From the NCBI RefSeq assembly GCF_009914755.1, contig NC_060939.1: a stretch of DNA of 64,000 bases. One strand, written 5' to 3'. Source of the stretch: the human T2T-CHM13v2.0 reference genome, Homo sapiens. The notes beneath the pieces are model-generated. The model saw nothing but the letters and a program-made list of their open reading frames with translations. It searched no databases and had not been told where the DNA came from. This document shows positions 63,921-64,000 of the stretch, piece by piece. The translations under genes and the position numbers were made by a program. Position 1 is the first letter of the stretch. Each line of letters starts with the position of its first letter.

Positions 63921-64000
63921 CAGACCTTGCAGCTGGCCTCCAATTTCATAAGTAAAACTGCCTACAAGGGAGTCCACCCAGATATCTTGCTGGCATCTCA
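63921..64000 (-). other. RAB27A: Probable alternative first exon of RAB27A (3' part only, runs off the window)
   Basis: Consensus donor CTG|gtaagt at 63921/63920 in repeat-free sequence, 471 nt upstream of the 63449 acceptor. Confidence 0.55.

Overview
Primate (very probably human) genomic DNA covering the interior of the RAB27A gene on the minus strand. It contains four coding exons (28093-27941, 23645-23560, 21871-21768, 17172-17049; codons 1-156), all with GT-AG boundaries in continuous phase. It also contains a 120-nt 5'UTR exon (63449-63330) and a probable alternative first exon running off the right edge. The last coding exon lies beyond the left edge. The rest is intron: about 37 Alus, L1/L2/MIR fragments, MaLR/ERVL LTRs, hAT and Tc2 MITEs, and microsatellites. 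Almost all other ORFs in the track are Alu or microsatellite artefacts. I see no convincing new multi-gene system. The best leads are: a very decayed non-LTR reverse-transcriptase fossil (R4/Dong- or RTE-like) split by three younger insertions; an AUG-UGA start-stop element in the 5'UTR exon that overlaps an E-box; a back-splice or intron read-through route to one identical 156-aa truncated Rab27a; candidate alternative 5' exons or promoters; a degenerate 10-bp periodic tract; two sites each hit twice by Alu; poly(A)-only insertions with target-site duplications (TSDs); and several fold-back inversions next to (TA)n tracts. Repeat subfamily names and repeat boundaries are recognised by eye and approximate.
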